Shown here: in pieces, positions 37,987 through 51,500 of the stretch | Numbering within the stretch: the first letter of the stretch is position 1 | Layout of the letters: each line of letters begins with the position of its first letter | From: Bugula neritina | Taxonomy: Eukaryota > Animalia > Bryozoa | Direction: 5' to 3' | Length of the DNA: 64,000 nucleotides | Assembly: GCA_964035545.1 (NCBI GenBank) | Contig: OZ037766.1 | Location: forward strand, 24,358,126-24,422,125 | Translations under genes and position numbers: made by a program | The notes under the pieces: generated by a model | Databases searched by the model: none | Seen by the model: the letters and a program-made list of their open reading frames with translations, nothing else | Told to the model about the DNA's origin: nothing

Positions 37987-40900
37987 ATAGTAGTAGTACT
38001 AGTAGTAGTACTAGTAGTAGTACTAGTAGTAGTACTAGTAGTAGTACTGGTATTACCGTATTCATAAGGGGTCTGATGAGCTTGCTTAGCTTTACGTTTA
38101 ATATTCTGAATTGCCATGAGCAGAGTGACGGACTCTGAGAGAAAAGATCCACACAGTAACATGATGGCCTACAAAATATGATACATGTTCAACACCAATG
38201 CTAGAGTGTTAACTGTTAAATATTTCACAAGTTCCAACATAAACATAGCTAAAATACTGCAGGTTGAAGTCAACATGTCCTGCAAACTTTTACATAAAAT
38301 TGTGATCTACAACCCTTTCCAACTTCCTCGATACCCCTTTACAATTAAGAGTTGTGTCCTCCCAAAGTGACTTGGTTAAACCTCTATATAAAGAACAAAC
38401 TCATTAAAAATTTAAAGGGTTAAAGGTTTAAACAGTTAAAAACTATCATATCAAGTCTTCGGTTTGATAAGCTTTTTGATTTCATAAATTCCATCCACAT
38501 TCTAAGCAAGCAACTTCAAGATTTTTAGTACAAAATGTTTTTAGAAGACTTATTGCCATAGACCAGTTGATCAGCCATGGTTCTGGTTTAAATACTTGAG
38601 TAGTAAGCAACAAGTAACAGTAACAGTGCCTCTCTTAGTAGAGGTTATAGTAACTAGTGGCAGTAGTAATAGTGTTAGTAGTGATGGTGATAGTAGTGAT
38701 GGTAGAGTAGTATGAGTAACTCCTTACCCAATTGAGATCTACCAGGTTAGTCTGATGAGCAATGCCTGCTATCCCATGGTACCAAGCAAATCCCGCACCA
38801 ACGCAGAAAATTCCGACTCCACTGATTAAGGAAGATACGTATCCAAAATTAGTGTAACCGTACCTGAGATGTGAATAGTAACAGGAATACGTATTTTACA
38901 AATACTATAGAATATATATGAAGTATACATGATATATAAAGTATATAACACGCAAAGCATCATGCTATATGCACGATAGTATTAATGGGGGTGCCAGCAT
39001 GCAAAAATGGGCGGGTGGAGCACATCAATACTAACTCTTGTTGCTATATATCACTGCAAGGCCAACATTCTACTCATTTCAAATATGCGAGTAACTTTTT
39101 TTGATATGGGGGAGTTCCTCAATTGAAAGGAGTGGATAAACATGGGTTAGTCAATCTTCATGGGAGCTCATGAAATTTTAAACATGCAATTATTTGAGTA
39201 CTTCAAGTTCAATATTAAAAATATTTTCTAGAAATGTTTAAAATCTATGAAACTCACAAAAATTTTGACCAAAAGTGGTGGCTGAGAGAATATCAAGTAT
39301 ATAAAAAAAGGCAATGCATCATGCTGTAGACTCTGCCCACCTGTCAATATAGTAACGAGAGAGGGAGAGAGAGGGAGAGAGAGTTTCATAGGTGTAAAAC
39401 ATTTCTAGAAAATATTTTGAATATTGAACTTATATTACTCAAAAAGTTACATAATTAAAATTCCATGATGCCCGCATGAAAATTGACCAATCCCTGTAAC
39501 TCCATTCCTTTCATCGAAACTCCTCCCCCAATACAAAAAAAAGTTACTAGTATATTTGAAATCAACAGAATGTTGGCTTCGAGGTGATATATAGCAACAA
39601 AGGTTAGTATTTATATGCTGCACCCGCCCATCCTTGCATGTTGGCACCCCAATTATATGCCATGTATTTAATAAGATAACAGAGTATGTAAATTTGAATG
39701 GGGGATATAATATATAATACAGTATGTCCTATGTAATATATAATACAGTATGTACTATGTAATATATATTACAGTATGTACTATGTAATATATAATACAG
39801 TATGTACTATATAATATATAATACAGTATGTACTATATAATATATAATACAGTATGTCCTATGTAATATATAATACAGTATGTACTATGTACTATGTAAT
39901 ATATAATACAGTATGTACTATATAATATATAATACAGTATTTACCATGCATTGTATGTAGTACATTGCAAGCTAAATCATCTAGTAACTGAAGATAATGA
40001 TAACCGTATCTAACCCAGATCTATGAGCTGGTATTGCTAGCAGACACAAACTCAAGTTAGCCTAAGGACTTGAAGTAAGAAGTATCAAACTTACGGGTGA
40101 TCTGGGTTGGGGTTCTTGAGAGAGTGGTGGATGCCATAGGCTAGGATGCACTGATTCATTGTATCTGCTAGAGAGTGGATGGCTTCGGCAAACATAGCAT
40201 GAGATCCAGTATACAGCCAGGCTATACATTTCACTACTGCATTCACACTGTTTCTACAAGTATGTGCACTAGGAACTGAGGCTAGAAACAACAGACTCAA
40301 CATTACCGTGATTCTATAACAAAAACCTTTGCCATTAGATTCATGCTCATACCACTTGGTTTTCATCTGATAAATATTCCTTTAATAATATCTGGATAAA
40401 TTTTCAAATTTATGCACCTCTGAAAACTAAAGCCTCCAAAACAGTCTACATGAGAGATACTAGTTGTTAGAAACAAAAACAGCTTCAAGTTGCAACTCAG
40501 CGCATAAAAATAATACTTCCAATAAAATGTTTTAAATTTCAAGTAAAAACGCAAAATATGATAGGAAATGAGCTTACATTGCGATAGCAGTGAGTACTAC
40601 TTTTCCTGACCCACTTTTGAATATAGTTTTTCTTTCTTTCTAAAAATGATATAAACATGATTTCAACTGACTAACTCTCCTGTCGGTTGTTTATTTTAAT
40701 ATCTACACATGATTTCCTGACAGATACCAATAGTTTTAATATATACTGGTTTAGTACTCTTGAATAAAATCATTTGCATTATTGTTAGAATGTTTTTAAA
40801 AAAATTACAAACTCAGCTTTGTAAATGATATTTTTAGAGATTGGTGCAAATAAATTGAGAAGGTAACTCTTCAGTTTAGAACAGAGTTTCCGTCAAAGCG

Positions 40901-43050
40901 AAAAAACAACTCATAATAAACAATGCAATCTCCCAACAGTCTATAATAGCATGCTACAGTATGCCCATAGATAGAGTATACACAAGGGTTCACCTCTAAA
41001 TGCTGATCAGTCTTTGGAGTTTCTGAATACTTGTCGCGGTAATCAAATATGAGCGGACGACTAGATGTGAGACCTGCAAACAGTTTAGAAGTCAATGATT
41101 ACAGCATGCACCACTGCCATTAGATAAACAGCTCTGGGTTTAAATTAGATAAATATTAGAGAGAAAGTGTTATATTATAAAAATATGATTAAACCAATAT
41201 TTGCAATACAGCAATGCAAGATATATGTAATATAACTAACACAAAACATATAAAACACGATAGACTGCAAGTTGAATCTTTACCTCTTAAATATAAATCT
41301 TCTTGGAGACGGGCTTTGGCTTTCTCCTTTTCTAGATTTTCCAGAGTTCCATATTTTTCTTTGGCTCTGCAATACATCAAAGCCAGAGAATTAGAAATAA
41401 TTAACAAAGATAAAGTGTCGTTACAATAAATATATATATTTAACTTCGTCTTACTTTATAACAACATCATGTCGTAAGTATACTGTGATTGGTGGAGAAT
41501 TTTCATACGGGCTTCTTCTGGTGGTTTTCCAAAGATCTGTTAAGTCACTGCAGCACCAAGGCAAAAGAAACAAATTTTACATTACATTCTACATACTGTA
41601 CAGTGTACATAGTCAATATAATTATATTCTTTCCATCAAACTCATTCTAAACAAATTTATATTTAGATTTATTTATCAATGTCTAGCAAAAATCAATAAA
41701 CCTTTTACAGAAACAATCCTGCTTTAATGTCTTATATAAAGAATTAAATAGAATATGTGTCTACACTTGCAGTTTACTATCTCAGAAAGCAAAGCATAGC
41801 TCAGTACCTGCTAGTTCTTCCTCCATATTATTGCTCTGTCAAGAAACTTTTAAACAATTCAACTTTGAACAGCGGAATATTTTTATCGCCATCCAATAAG
41901 TCCCAGATACATTCCAAAATTATTTGCAAAGCAGAAACTTGTAAACTAGCAGGACTTAAGAAATCACCCACCTTGGTGTGAGAAGGTACTCTCTCATCGC
42001 TCTCAGAGGAGTTATAAATACATTGCTTAAATATTTCTGAGGAGGCTCTGCTTTCTTCTTAACAGGTTTGACTACAAATGAGCGGACAACTTCTACTTAT
42101 GTTAAATTATTACATAAATGACACTGTAGAATGAAAACCTCTCACATTATAAATGTTTTGCTAATAAGGGTAAAATCTACAACGACCAGAGTTTCAGCAA
42201 CATATATGTAGTTTATTATCAGTATTTGGCAATTGTTATACATCATTTCACAACATTATTCAAATTGAGCAAAAAACCCATCAATAATTGGCTACAGATA
42301 TTAGTTATTTTAATTATTAAAAAACGATAAATAAGGTTGTTTATTCATTACTCAAATGCAGGCTCCTTTTATCTTTATATGACAGCATGATTTACATTAC
42401 CCAGTGTAAAAAATAAAAAACCTTTCAGCAACATATCTAACTTCTACCACTGAACACTAGCCACTAAACCAGACCTTTGACGATATGTTCTGTAGAGGAT
42501 GATGTAGACAATGGAGGAACCGAAGAGGGAGTTGTCTCGTCTAAGGGATCAGCGCCCGGTGGCGCTCTATAGCCCGATGACCCAGAAGAAAAACCTCTCA
42601 ACAGTAGCTTTCCATTGATTGGAACTCTTACAATATCAGAATGTTTAGTGTAGGAGGTAGAGACTATAAAATATGTGATCATTATGAGAGAGAATTACAA
42701 AACCCAAATTTAAAGCCATTATTACACTAACAACTGGCTCTCACATGGATGCCTGCATCATGCAAATTGGTTACTGAATGTTAACTGGTCTAAATCTGAA
42801 AATCTGTAAATTCTGCCACAGAACACAAAATATGAAATAATATTTACAATTTTGTGGCAAACATTTTTAACACAACTAAAAATACAAAGTGAAAGTGGAA
42901 GTTTAACACTTCACCACGATAATTGCACTAACCTGTAATGTAAGCTCTTTGACTATTGATATGTTTACACCGCAGGCATTGCAAACTTTTCAAGACATTC
43001 TGAAATGTTCTTACTGCAATAATGGGAGACCGAATTGCCAGCTCCGCCAT
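35033..43050 (-). CDS. SLC30A9: Zinc transporter 9 (mitochondrial cation diffusion facilitator), 15 coding exons, ~564 aa
   Basis: Exons 43050-42933, 42663-42475, 42071-41972, 41547-41455, 41366-41284, 41073-40994, 40639-40578, 40253-40095, 38863-38728, 38168-38057, 37602-37392, 37098-36988, 36710-36629, 35785-35672, 35077-35033; total 1695 nt. Motifs AWLYTGSHAMFAEAIHSLADTMNQCILAYG, HPYGY..GYVSSLISGVGIF, DPSVNVVLLEDLAAV, VHDIKATDMG, FKAEVDIDGR and the C-terminal VRHVDLEIL are ZnT9-typical. Confidence 0.96.
36337..36604. repeat. 22-bp minisatellite (~12 copies), SLC30A9 intron 13
   Basis: Unit GATAATATAGTCATATGAGGTA; lies ~24 nt from the donor at 36628. Confidence 0.95.
37645..38048. repeat. 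(TAG/CTA)n microsatellite filling SLC30A9 intron 10
   Basis: About 400 nt of AGTAGT with AAT/ACT/AGC variants in a 454-nt intron. Confidence 0.97.
38987..39650. mobile_element. Old MITE with ~255-bp imperfect terminal inverted repeats (possibly PIF/Harbinger-like), SLC30A9 intron 8
   Basis: 38987-39240 (GGGGGTGCCAGCATGCAAAAATGGGCGGGTG...TATTTTCTAGAAATGTTT) is a degenerate reverse complement of 39396-39650 (AAACATTTCTAGAAAATA...CACCCGCCCATCCTTGCATGTTGGCACCCC). AAT lies on both flanks, a possible 3-bp TSD. Confidence 0.78.
39706..39940. repeat. 26-bp minisatellite (~9 copies), SLC30A9 intron 8
   Basis: Unit TAATATATAATACAGTATGTACTAT(G/A). Confidence 0.93.
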
Positions 43051-44687
43051 CTTGAGCAGGTGCGTTTGAAACTACCTGCAAATAGGTCTATATATACGAA
43101 AGCATACACAAACATGCATGAATGCTTGTGTGCTACTAATATATTAATATAAGATATAGAAAACAGAAAAGAGTTGCAGTTTTTAATAATTTTAGCAAAA
43201 TATAAATTAAAAGCCCAATGCCAATTCCAGGTTCAAGTTAGTTGAAAACATTCATTTCTACACCTAACAGAAGTTATTATAGTTTCCAGCACAAATGGTT
43301 AAATAATAGCACTAGCAATATAATTTTAACTTGCTTGTAGTTGTACTCCAAATTTTGCATGATCACGATGAATATTTTAAACAAACCTGTATTGTACTTA
43401 TAATTTTAAAGTGCGATATCTTGGAGACAAATGACATTGACTAATGTTATATTAATATTGCATAAACTTTAATTTTAAATGACAATTTTAATACCTAATC
43501 TTACAGTAATAGCAACATTAACTTATAAATTTCGTTATGATTAATCTGAAATTTAATTTTCATTTTGATTTTTATAATTAAATTTAATATTCTTTTCATT
43601 TTCATTAAATCATAAACGATAAATCAAAATGATTGATTCAATGATCGAGTTTGACAGTTTTAATTAAGAATAATGAAGCCTTAGAGCCAATTCAAACTTA
43701 CTAGATTTAATGTTGAAGGTTTAAAAAAACACAAACAAACTCACTTCATTCACAACATAAATTTGACCATTACGACAATCTTTTTTCACATTCTTATTCC
43801 GAGATTCACATTTACTTTTAGTTTCACATTCATATTATCATTGTGATTCCCATCAATGACGGTCACGATCGCAAATAAGTGGTTTGCAAATACTCAAAAT
43901 GTACACGCTATTATTGCTAACAGCCAGAGCTTTAGAGACGCGTAGAAGAAGACAACTCTTGATAACACTTTCCTATCCTAGCTATAACAAAGTATGCTTA
44001 ATTAATTAAATGAAAACCCCAGATAATATCTTTATTGCCAAACTTAAATTACATCTTTTATAATAAAACTTATTATCATACTTTTGAAAACCATAATTAT
44101 GAACAGGAAATTTTAGTAAAAACGCAATCAAACCCTTCTACAGAGACAATTTTTGTCTGGAAAATTGTAAATTAATGAAGTTTATGCAGGACCTTATACA
44201 ATTTTATTCAAACCTGCACAAATTACATTACCTGTTAATTTATTTTAATTTGCATTTTGTTGATAACTTTGGTCAAAAATGAGAATGACTTTTATCTAAC
44301 ACTACATTACACAAAACTATTAGTAATGTTTGTGTCCATATCGCGGCAGCAAAAATTTTAATTATATATCAGTAAGCTCCATAATTATACTATGTTCAAA
44401 TATTGAGCTTTTGGTAGTAGACAATATTAACTACTTATATAAATATTATATTATATACATGTATATGCTAAACACATATTTTATACATGAACATAATTTA
44501 CGCACGAATAGGGTATATATACCCTATGCGTGCGTATATATTATTGAAGAAAAGAGCAATTTAATTAGATGTTATTTTATTGCGCTACTAGCAGTTTCAT
44601 GCTTCTTCAGCACAATATTGGTGAATTTAAATTTTTACATTTTACTTTTTCATCTGCTGTTTTTTAAAAGACTTACGTTACAACTGT

Positions 44688-44847
<160 letters not shown>

Positions 44848-45047
44848 TTGTATTATTTATTTGCAATGTGCTACTTTTTGCTCCAAAGTTTCATACAAGA
44901 TAGAAATAGTAAAGGATTACAATAATCGCTTGTAAACTTGAGGCTATAAACTGAATAAAAGGTTGCAGTGTGTTACCTGTAAAACATGTTGGTTTCATGC
45001 TAATAAGAATGAGAGATTTCCAGATCATTGATTTCCATACAATTTGA

Positions 45048-45053
45048 TTTATT
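45048..45053 (-). terminator. Candidate PCF11 polyadenylation signal
   Basis: AATAAA on the minus strand ~480 nt after the stop codon, with several TGTA (CFIm) motifs just upstream in sense. Confidence 0.5.
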
Positions 45054-45528
45054 CACTGTTTTTCCAAATGGAAAATGCAGTAATATTATGTACAAATCAG
45101 TGTAATCGGTGCACAGTTATAATATATACAGTAATTATTTATGTACATGTTACAAATGAAACAGTTAACGGAAATTTCATTGAGCAGGAGAAATCATGAA
45201 CAATTTTGGCCCTATGTGGTCATTTACCCTGCGGCCTATGTGCCTATGAGTCACACAGACAAAAAATCTTTCTCAGAGGCAAAACTCATTGACAAGAATA
45301 AGTTAATCAAAATACTTCTTAGTATCCCAGCAACAGCCAATCACAAAAAAGCAGAAAGTTCAGTTTTAAATATCGGGTTTGCACAAAACTGTTTAGACTT
45401 GAAAATTTAGCCAAAATTGTAATATTATCGGGTCTCAATTTAGTGTGTATTATTAGAAAGACATTGTTAGCAGATATGAATGGCCAGTATTAGATCAGAG
45501 AGGGATGAGTAATATTGCACTTGAATTT

Positions 45529-48500
45529 TCATTCCTTTTCATCCCTGACTGGAGTTGACCCGCCATCATCTCCTTCATCCATTACTGGCGTCGCGCATCT
45601 CTCAACTTCATCATATTTTTCATCTCTGACTGGAGTTCCTTCGTCATCATCATTCTCTACCTGACAGCGTAAAATCAAGACACGTGAAATATTTTCAAAC
45701 AACTCGAACGATAAACAGTTGCTTGTAGTATATAATTTTTCTTTGTTATGACAAGAAATAGAGACCGGCAAGTCTACCTGAGATGCTGGCTGGACAACCG
45801 GAGGCATGGAAGTCATCACCATAGTACTTGGGTGGCCAGCCAGCGCCATCATTGGTGGCGGGCCGGCTGTCGTCATCCCGTTGGTCATGATCATCACAGA
45901 CGCTGGAACGCTCATGTTAGGAAGAGAGTGTCTTATAGTGCCAGGTGGTAGAGAACCAGGTGGTAAATTGCCAGGTGGTAGAGAACCACGTGGTAAAGAA
46001 CCAGGTGGTAAAGTGCCAGGTGGTAAAGAACCAGGTGGTAGAGATCCACGTGGTAAAAGAGAACCAGCTGGTGGGCCACAAAATCCAGCACTCTGCTGTG
46101 ACATTGGAGGTGCTCCCCTAAACAGAGCAGTCAAATGGTGAATGAGTGAGCTAGCCAATTTCAAATATCATTCAATAGAGGTAATCACATTTGACCCTTA
46201 ATTATGGCAAGTTTCGGTATTTTAGCTTACAAATTATCTCTTGTCTTATTCTATAACCACAAAACTAAACACACCTGAACTGAACAGGGGGCGCCATTCT
46301 ATGCTGCGGCAGTGATGGTGGTATATGATGAGTCATCATGGGCGGGGCAGCAGCCTGTTTTGGTGGGAGTAACCTCATTGGAGGCTGACCAGGCTGGACT
46401 GGTAGAGGATGATGCCTTAGAGGCAAGGAGGGTCTATGAGAGTGAGGGTGGTAAGAGCGAGCCCCGTCTACAATTTTATATTTAGACCAAAGGTTTCAGA
46501 TCTTTCAAATACAAATTCATCATTCTTCATCATATATTGAGTGAAATTTGTAGGCTTGTTTATACTGAAAGCTAATTTTGATTTCTATATTTATAGTTTT
46601 ATAGTAACATGTTAGAAAACAAAACAAGTGGCTCAACGTAGTAAACCATATAAACATAGCCTTCCAAATTATATATTATAGGAACCAAAAAACCAACCAC
46701 AATAGCTATTGATTATCATAATATACCTGTGTTGCTGGAGTAGTCTTGAGTCGGTGGAATTGTAGGCAGTATAGTCACATTACTCTGTGGTATGCGTATC
46801 CCTCCACCTCCTCCGCCTACAAACATTAATCCGAGATGAATTTGTCACACTCCTTAATAACTGAGACTCCATGAGACTTGGTTTACAGTCTTAAAATAAA
46901 GTTATTTCTATTTTAGTATTTTATACGGCTGAATAGCTGAATAGGCTGCAGGTTGGAGTTAAACTAAGTTCTTGGACTAAAGAAAGTTGATTAAAATGGT
47001 TATATGAAGCAGATGTATTCTTTCCTAGCCAATTGCAATTTGATTGCTGCTTCATTTCACACGACTAGATAGCGATCATGTGATTAAATATGATAATCAA
47101 CCCGACAAATAACTTTCTACAAGCTTCTGTCACTTTTTACCTACAGTGCCACCTATTATTACCTGCGCTGCCGATAGTAGATATTTTCTTCACAAACTCT
47201 GCCGGCTCTTTTTTCACCTCCACAGCAGCTGTGTTTTTCTCAGCAGCAGAATTACGAGGCGTGACGGTTGGCTCAAGTTTTATATTCTCAGCAGCAGATA
47301 CGGGGGTGGTCGAAGTTTCCTCACTTAGAGGTGTCTTTTCTGTGTGAATAGACTGAGTTTCTGTAGCGGTGGACGGAGCAGCAGGTTTGGAAAACGCGGG
47401 TTCAACTTTACTAGGCAGAGTTTCGGCTGCTGTAGAAGGCGGGGCCTCTTCAGAACTGACCGGAGTCTTGACGGACTTCATGAGCCCGGCCAGCATCTGT
47501 AGAGCGTCGCCAGTGCCGGCCGAGGTAACAGTGGAGGGCTTAGATTCAGTCTTACTGATCAGCCCAGATAACAGATCAAATGGGTTGACTGATGTGGCTG
47601 GCTTAGTAGAGGATTGCGTGACCGACGCTCCTGAACTTACCTAAACCATGTAAACTTATTTCACTAGATTGAAATATAAGAGCAATTTTAAGAGACGCAA
47701 AGGCAAGCAACAGAAAAACCTTTGACAAGAAATGCACAGTTTATAAACGTGTCCTGGGTGTTTCAACAGCATACCAGACTCATCAAACTTGTTATTCTGT
47801 GTTTTCAAAGAAAAACCTTCAAAAATACACTAAAAGCTTCTATCGCCTAGCTGTTCTTTATTACTCCAGTTTTGCGGTTCGCACATAAAAGTTAGACAAT
47901 CTTACCAATGGTATACTGCATGGACTATATACAATCATATAAATACAAAAAGTACCGACGTATGTGTATACGCACATTTGATTGCTGAGGGTACATGGAA
48001 CTGGGTGATAAGAGAGGCGTCCTAGGGGACTCCGGGGGGATACTAGTCCTGGGGGACTGAGAATGTACACTACTTCTCGGAGAAGGGGGTATGCTTCCTG
48101 CAGTAGCCATCTCTTCTACACTCATGCTGTGCTCCATGATGGACGTCTCCACTGCATCTTCATAGCACACTGGATGGTATGTCTGCAGACGGAGATGAAT
48201 AGTGTAGTAGTAGTAGTGCTAGTAGTAGTAGTGCTAGTAGTAGTAGTGCTAGTAGTAGCAGTAGCAGTAGTACTAGTAGCAGTAGCAGTAGTACTAGTAG
48301 TAGTAGCAGTAGTAGTATTAGTAGCAGTAGTAGTATTAGTAGCAGTAGTACTAGTAGCAGTAGTACTAGTAGTAGTAGTACTAGTAGTAGTGGTAGTACT
48401 AGCAGTAGTAGTGCTAGTAGTAGCAGTAGCAGTAGTACTAGTAGCAGTAGCAGTAGTAGTATTAGTAGCAGTAATAGTAGTAGTAGTACTAGTAGCAGTA

Positions 48501-51500
48501 GTAGTACTAGCAGTAGTAGTAGTAGTAGTAATAGCAGTAGTACTAGTAGTAGTAGTACTAGTAGCAGTAGTACTACTAGTAGTAGTAGTATTAGTAGCAC
48601 TAGTAGTAGTATTAGTAGAACTAGTAGTAGTATTAGTAGCAGTAGTAGTAGTATTAGTAGCAGTAGTAGTACTAGCAGTAGTAGTACTAGTACTAGTAGC
48701 AGTAGTACTAGTAGTAGTAGTAGTAATAGTAGTAGTAGTACTACTAGTAGCAGTGGCAGTAGTAGTAATAAACGGAACCAGATGATAAAAGCAAGAGGTT
48801 GCCAACAGGAAGTTACGACTGACCTTATTTTGGATTTTGACCGCGTCCTTTAAATGCCATTCTTCCTCATCGTCATCCCAGAATCTCTCAAAGGGTTCAT
48901 GACAAACAACGCATGTCTACAGTGAGAATAATTCCACAATACCTTTTTATCACTTGATCATCAACATGCAATAGGATATACTCAACTAGCACTATATGAA
49001 CAAATGAGACAGCAAGGACTTACATCATTGACATCAGTGCCACTAGCTGTAGGACAGTGCACTGCATCAGGGTGGAGGGGAATACCCCCCGTAGTACCAG
49101 AGTCTGGGGTAGTTTCGGGCTGAGTGTCCAGAAACAGGTTCATCTGTTTGATGTCTGAAAACTCTTCATACTTCACCCAATCCTGCAGAAAAACCACAGC
49201 CAGACAATAAATCACAGCTCAAATAGCGAATGTCTAAATTAAAAACCTGTATGAAATAACTCTTCCTCATGTGCACTGTCTTAAAATTAGAACATTTGTT
49301 CTAGATACCAACACACGTTTCAGTGTGATAATTCCATGAGTGAACTAGAATTATCAATCAAGTAACTATGACCAGATTAAAAACCGGTGAAGCACTCACA
49401 TCAACATTGATGTACCATTGCCGAGAGTTACTAAAAGCTCCAACTTTCTTCTCCTTGTCTCTCGTGTTCTGTCTGAAATGCCAGTCCAGATGGTCACTGT
49501 ACTTGGACTCCGCAGACTGCATAAACCTGAGGCCACACGTAGAGCATTGGTTCCCTGTGTACAGTCTCTGTATCACACCTGTGTACTTTCTGTAACAGCA
49601 TGAGACATACAGAGTAGAGACATGCAGAGTAGAGACAGAGTAGAGACATACAGAGTAGAGACAGAGTAGAGACATGCAGAGTAGAGACAGAGTAGAGACA
49701 TACAGAGTAGAAACAGAGTTGACACATACAGAGTAGAGACATACAGAGTTGAGACATACAGAGTGGAGACATACAGAGTAGAGACATACAGAGTAGAGAC
49801 ATACAGAGTAGAGACATACAGAGTAGAGACATACAGAGTAGAGACATACAGAGTAGAGACATACAGAGTAGAGACATACAGAGTAGAGACATACAGAGTA
49901 GAGACATACAGAGTAGAGACATACAGAGTAGAGACAGAGTAGAGATATACAGAGTAGAGACATACAGAGTAGAGACATACAGAGTAGAAACAGAGTTGAC
50001 ACATACAGAGTAGAGACATACAGAGTAGAAACAGAGTAGAGACATACAGAGTAGAGACATACAGAGTAGAGACATACAGAGTAGAGACATACAGAGTAGA
50101 GACATACAGAGTAGAGACATACAGAGTAGAGACATACAGAGTAGAGACATACAGAGTAGAGACATACAGAGTAGAGACGTACAGAGTAGAGACATACAGA
50201 GTTGAGACATACAGAGTAGAGACATACAGAGTAGAGACATACAGAGTAGAGACATACAGAGTAGAGACATACAGAGTAGAGACATACAGAGTAGAGACGT
50301 ACAGAGTAGAGACGTACAGAGTAGAGACGTACAGAGTAGAGACATACAGAGTTGAGACATACAGAGTGGAGACATACAGAGTAGAGACATACAGAGTAGA
50401 GACATACGGAATAGAGACATACAGAGTAGAGACATACAAAGTAAAGACATACAGAGTAGAGACATACAGAGTAGAGACATACAGAGTAGAGACATACAGA
50501 GTAGAGACATACAGAGTAGAGACATACAAAGTAAAGACATACAGAGTAAAGACATACAGAGTAGAGACATTCAGAGTAGAGACATACAGAGTAGAGACAT
50601 ACAGAGTAGAGACATTCAGAGTAGAGACATACAGAGTAGAGACACACAGAGTAGAGATATACAGAGTAGAGACATACAGAGTAGAGACATACAGAGTGGA
50701 GACATACAGAGTAGAGACGTACAGAGTAGAGACGTACAGAGTAGAGACGTACAGAGTAGAGATATACAGAGTAGAGACATACAGAGTAGAGACATACAGA
50801 GTAGAGACATACAGAGTAGGGACATACAGAGTAGAGACATACAGAGTAGAGACATACAGAGTAGAGACATATAGAGTAGAGACATACAGAGTAGAGACAT
50901 ACAGAGTAGAGACATACAAAGTAAAGACATACAGAGTAGAGACATACAGAGTAGAGACATACAAAGTAAAGACATACAGAGTAAAGACATACAGAGTAGA
51001 GACATTCAGAGTAGAGACATACAGAGTAGAGACATACAGAGTAGAGACATACAGAGTAGAGACATTCAGAGTAGAGACATACAGAGTAAAGACATACAGA
51101 GTAGAGACATACAGAGTAGAGACATACAGAGTAGAGACATACAGAGTAGAGACACACAGAGTAGAGATATACAGAGTAGAGACATACAGAGTAGAGACAT
51201 ACAGAGTAGAGACATACAGAGTAGAGACACACAGAGTTGAGACATACAGAGTAGAGACACACAGAGTAGAGACATACAGAGTAGAGGCATACAGAGTAGA
51301 GACATACAGGGTAGAGACATACAGAGTAGAGACATACAGAGTAGAGACAGAGTAGAGACACACAGAGTAGAGATATACAGAGTAGAGACATACAGAGTAG
51401 AGACATACAGAGTGGAGACATACAGAGTAGAGACATACAGAGTAGAGACATACAGAGTAGAGACAGAGTAGAGACACACAGAGTAGAGATATACAGAGTA

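Noticed and set aside
37388-38162. Poly-L/S/T/V ORFs suggesting a mucin or membrane protein
   Set aside because: They come from the (TAG)n microsatellite within SLC30A9 intron 10, and the flanking exons splice in frame around it. The same applies to 48063-48805 in PCF11.
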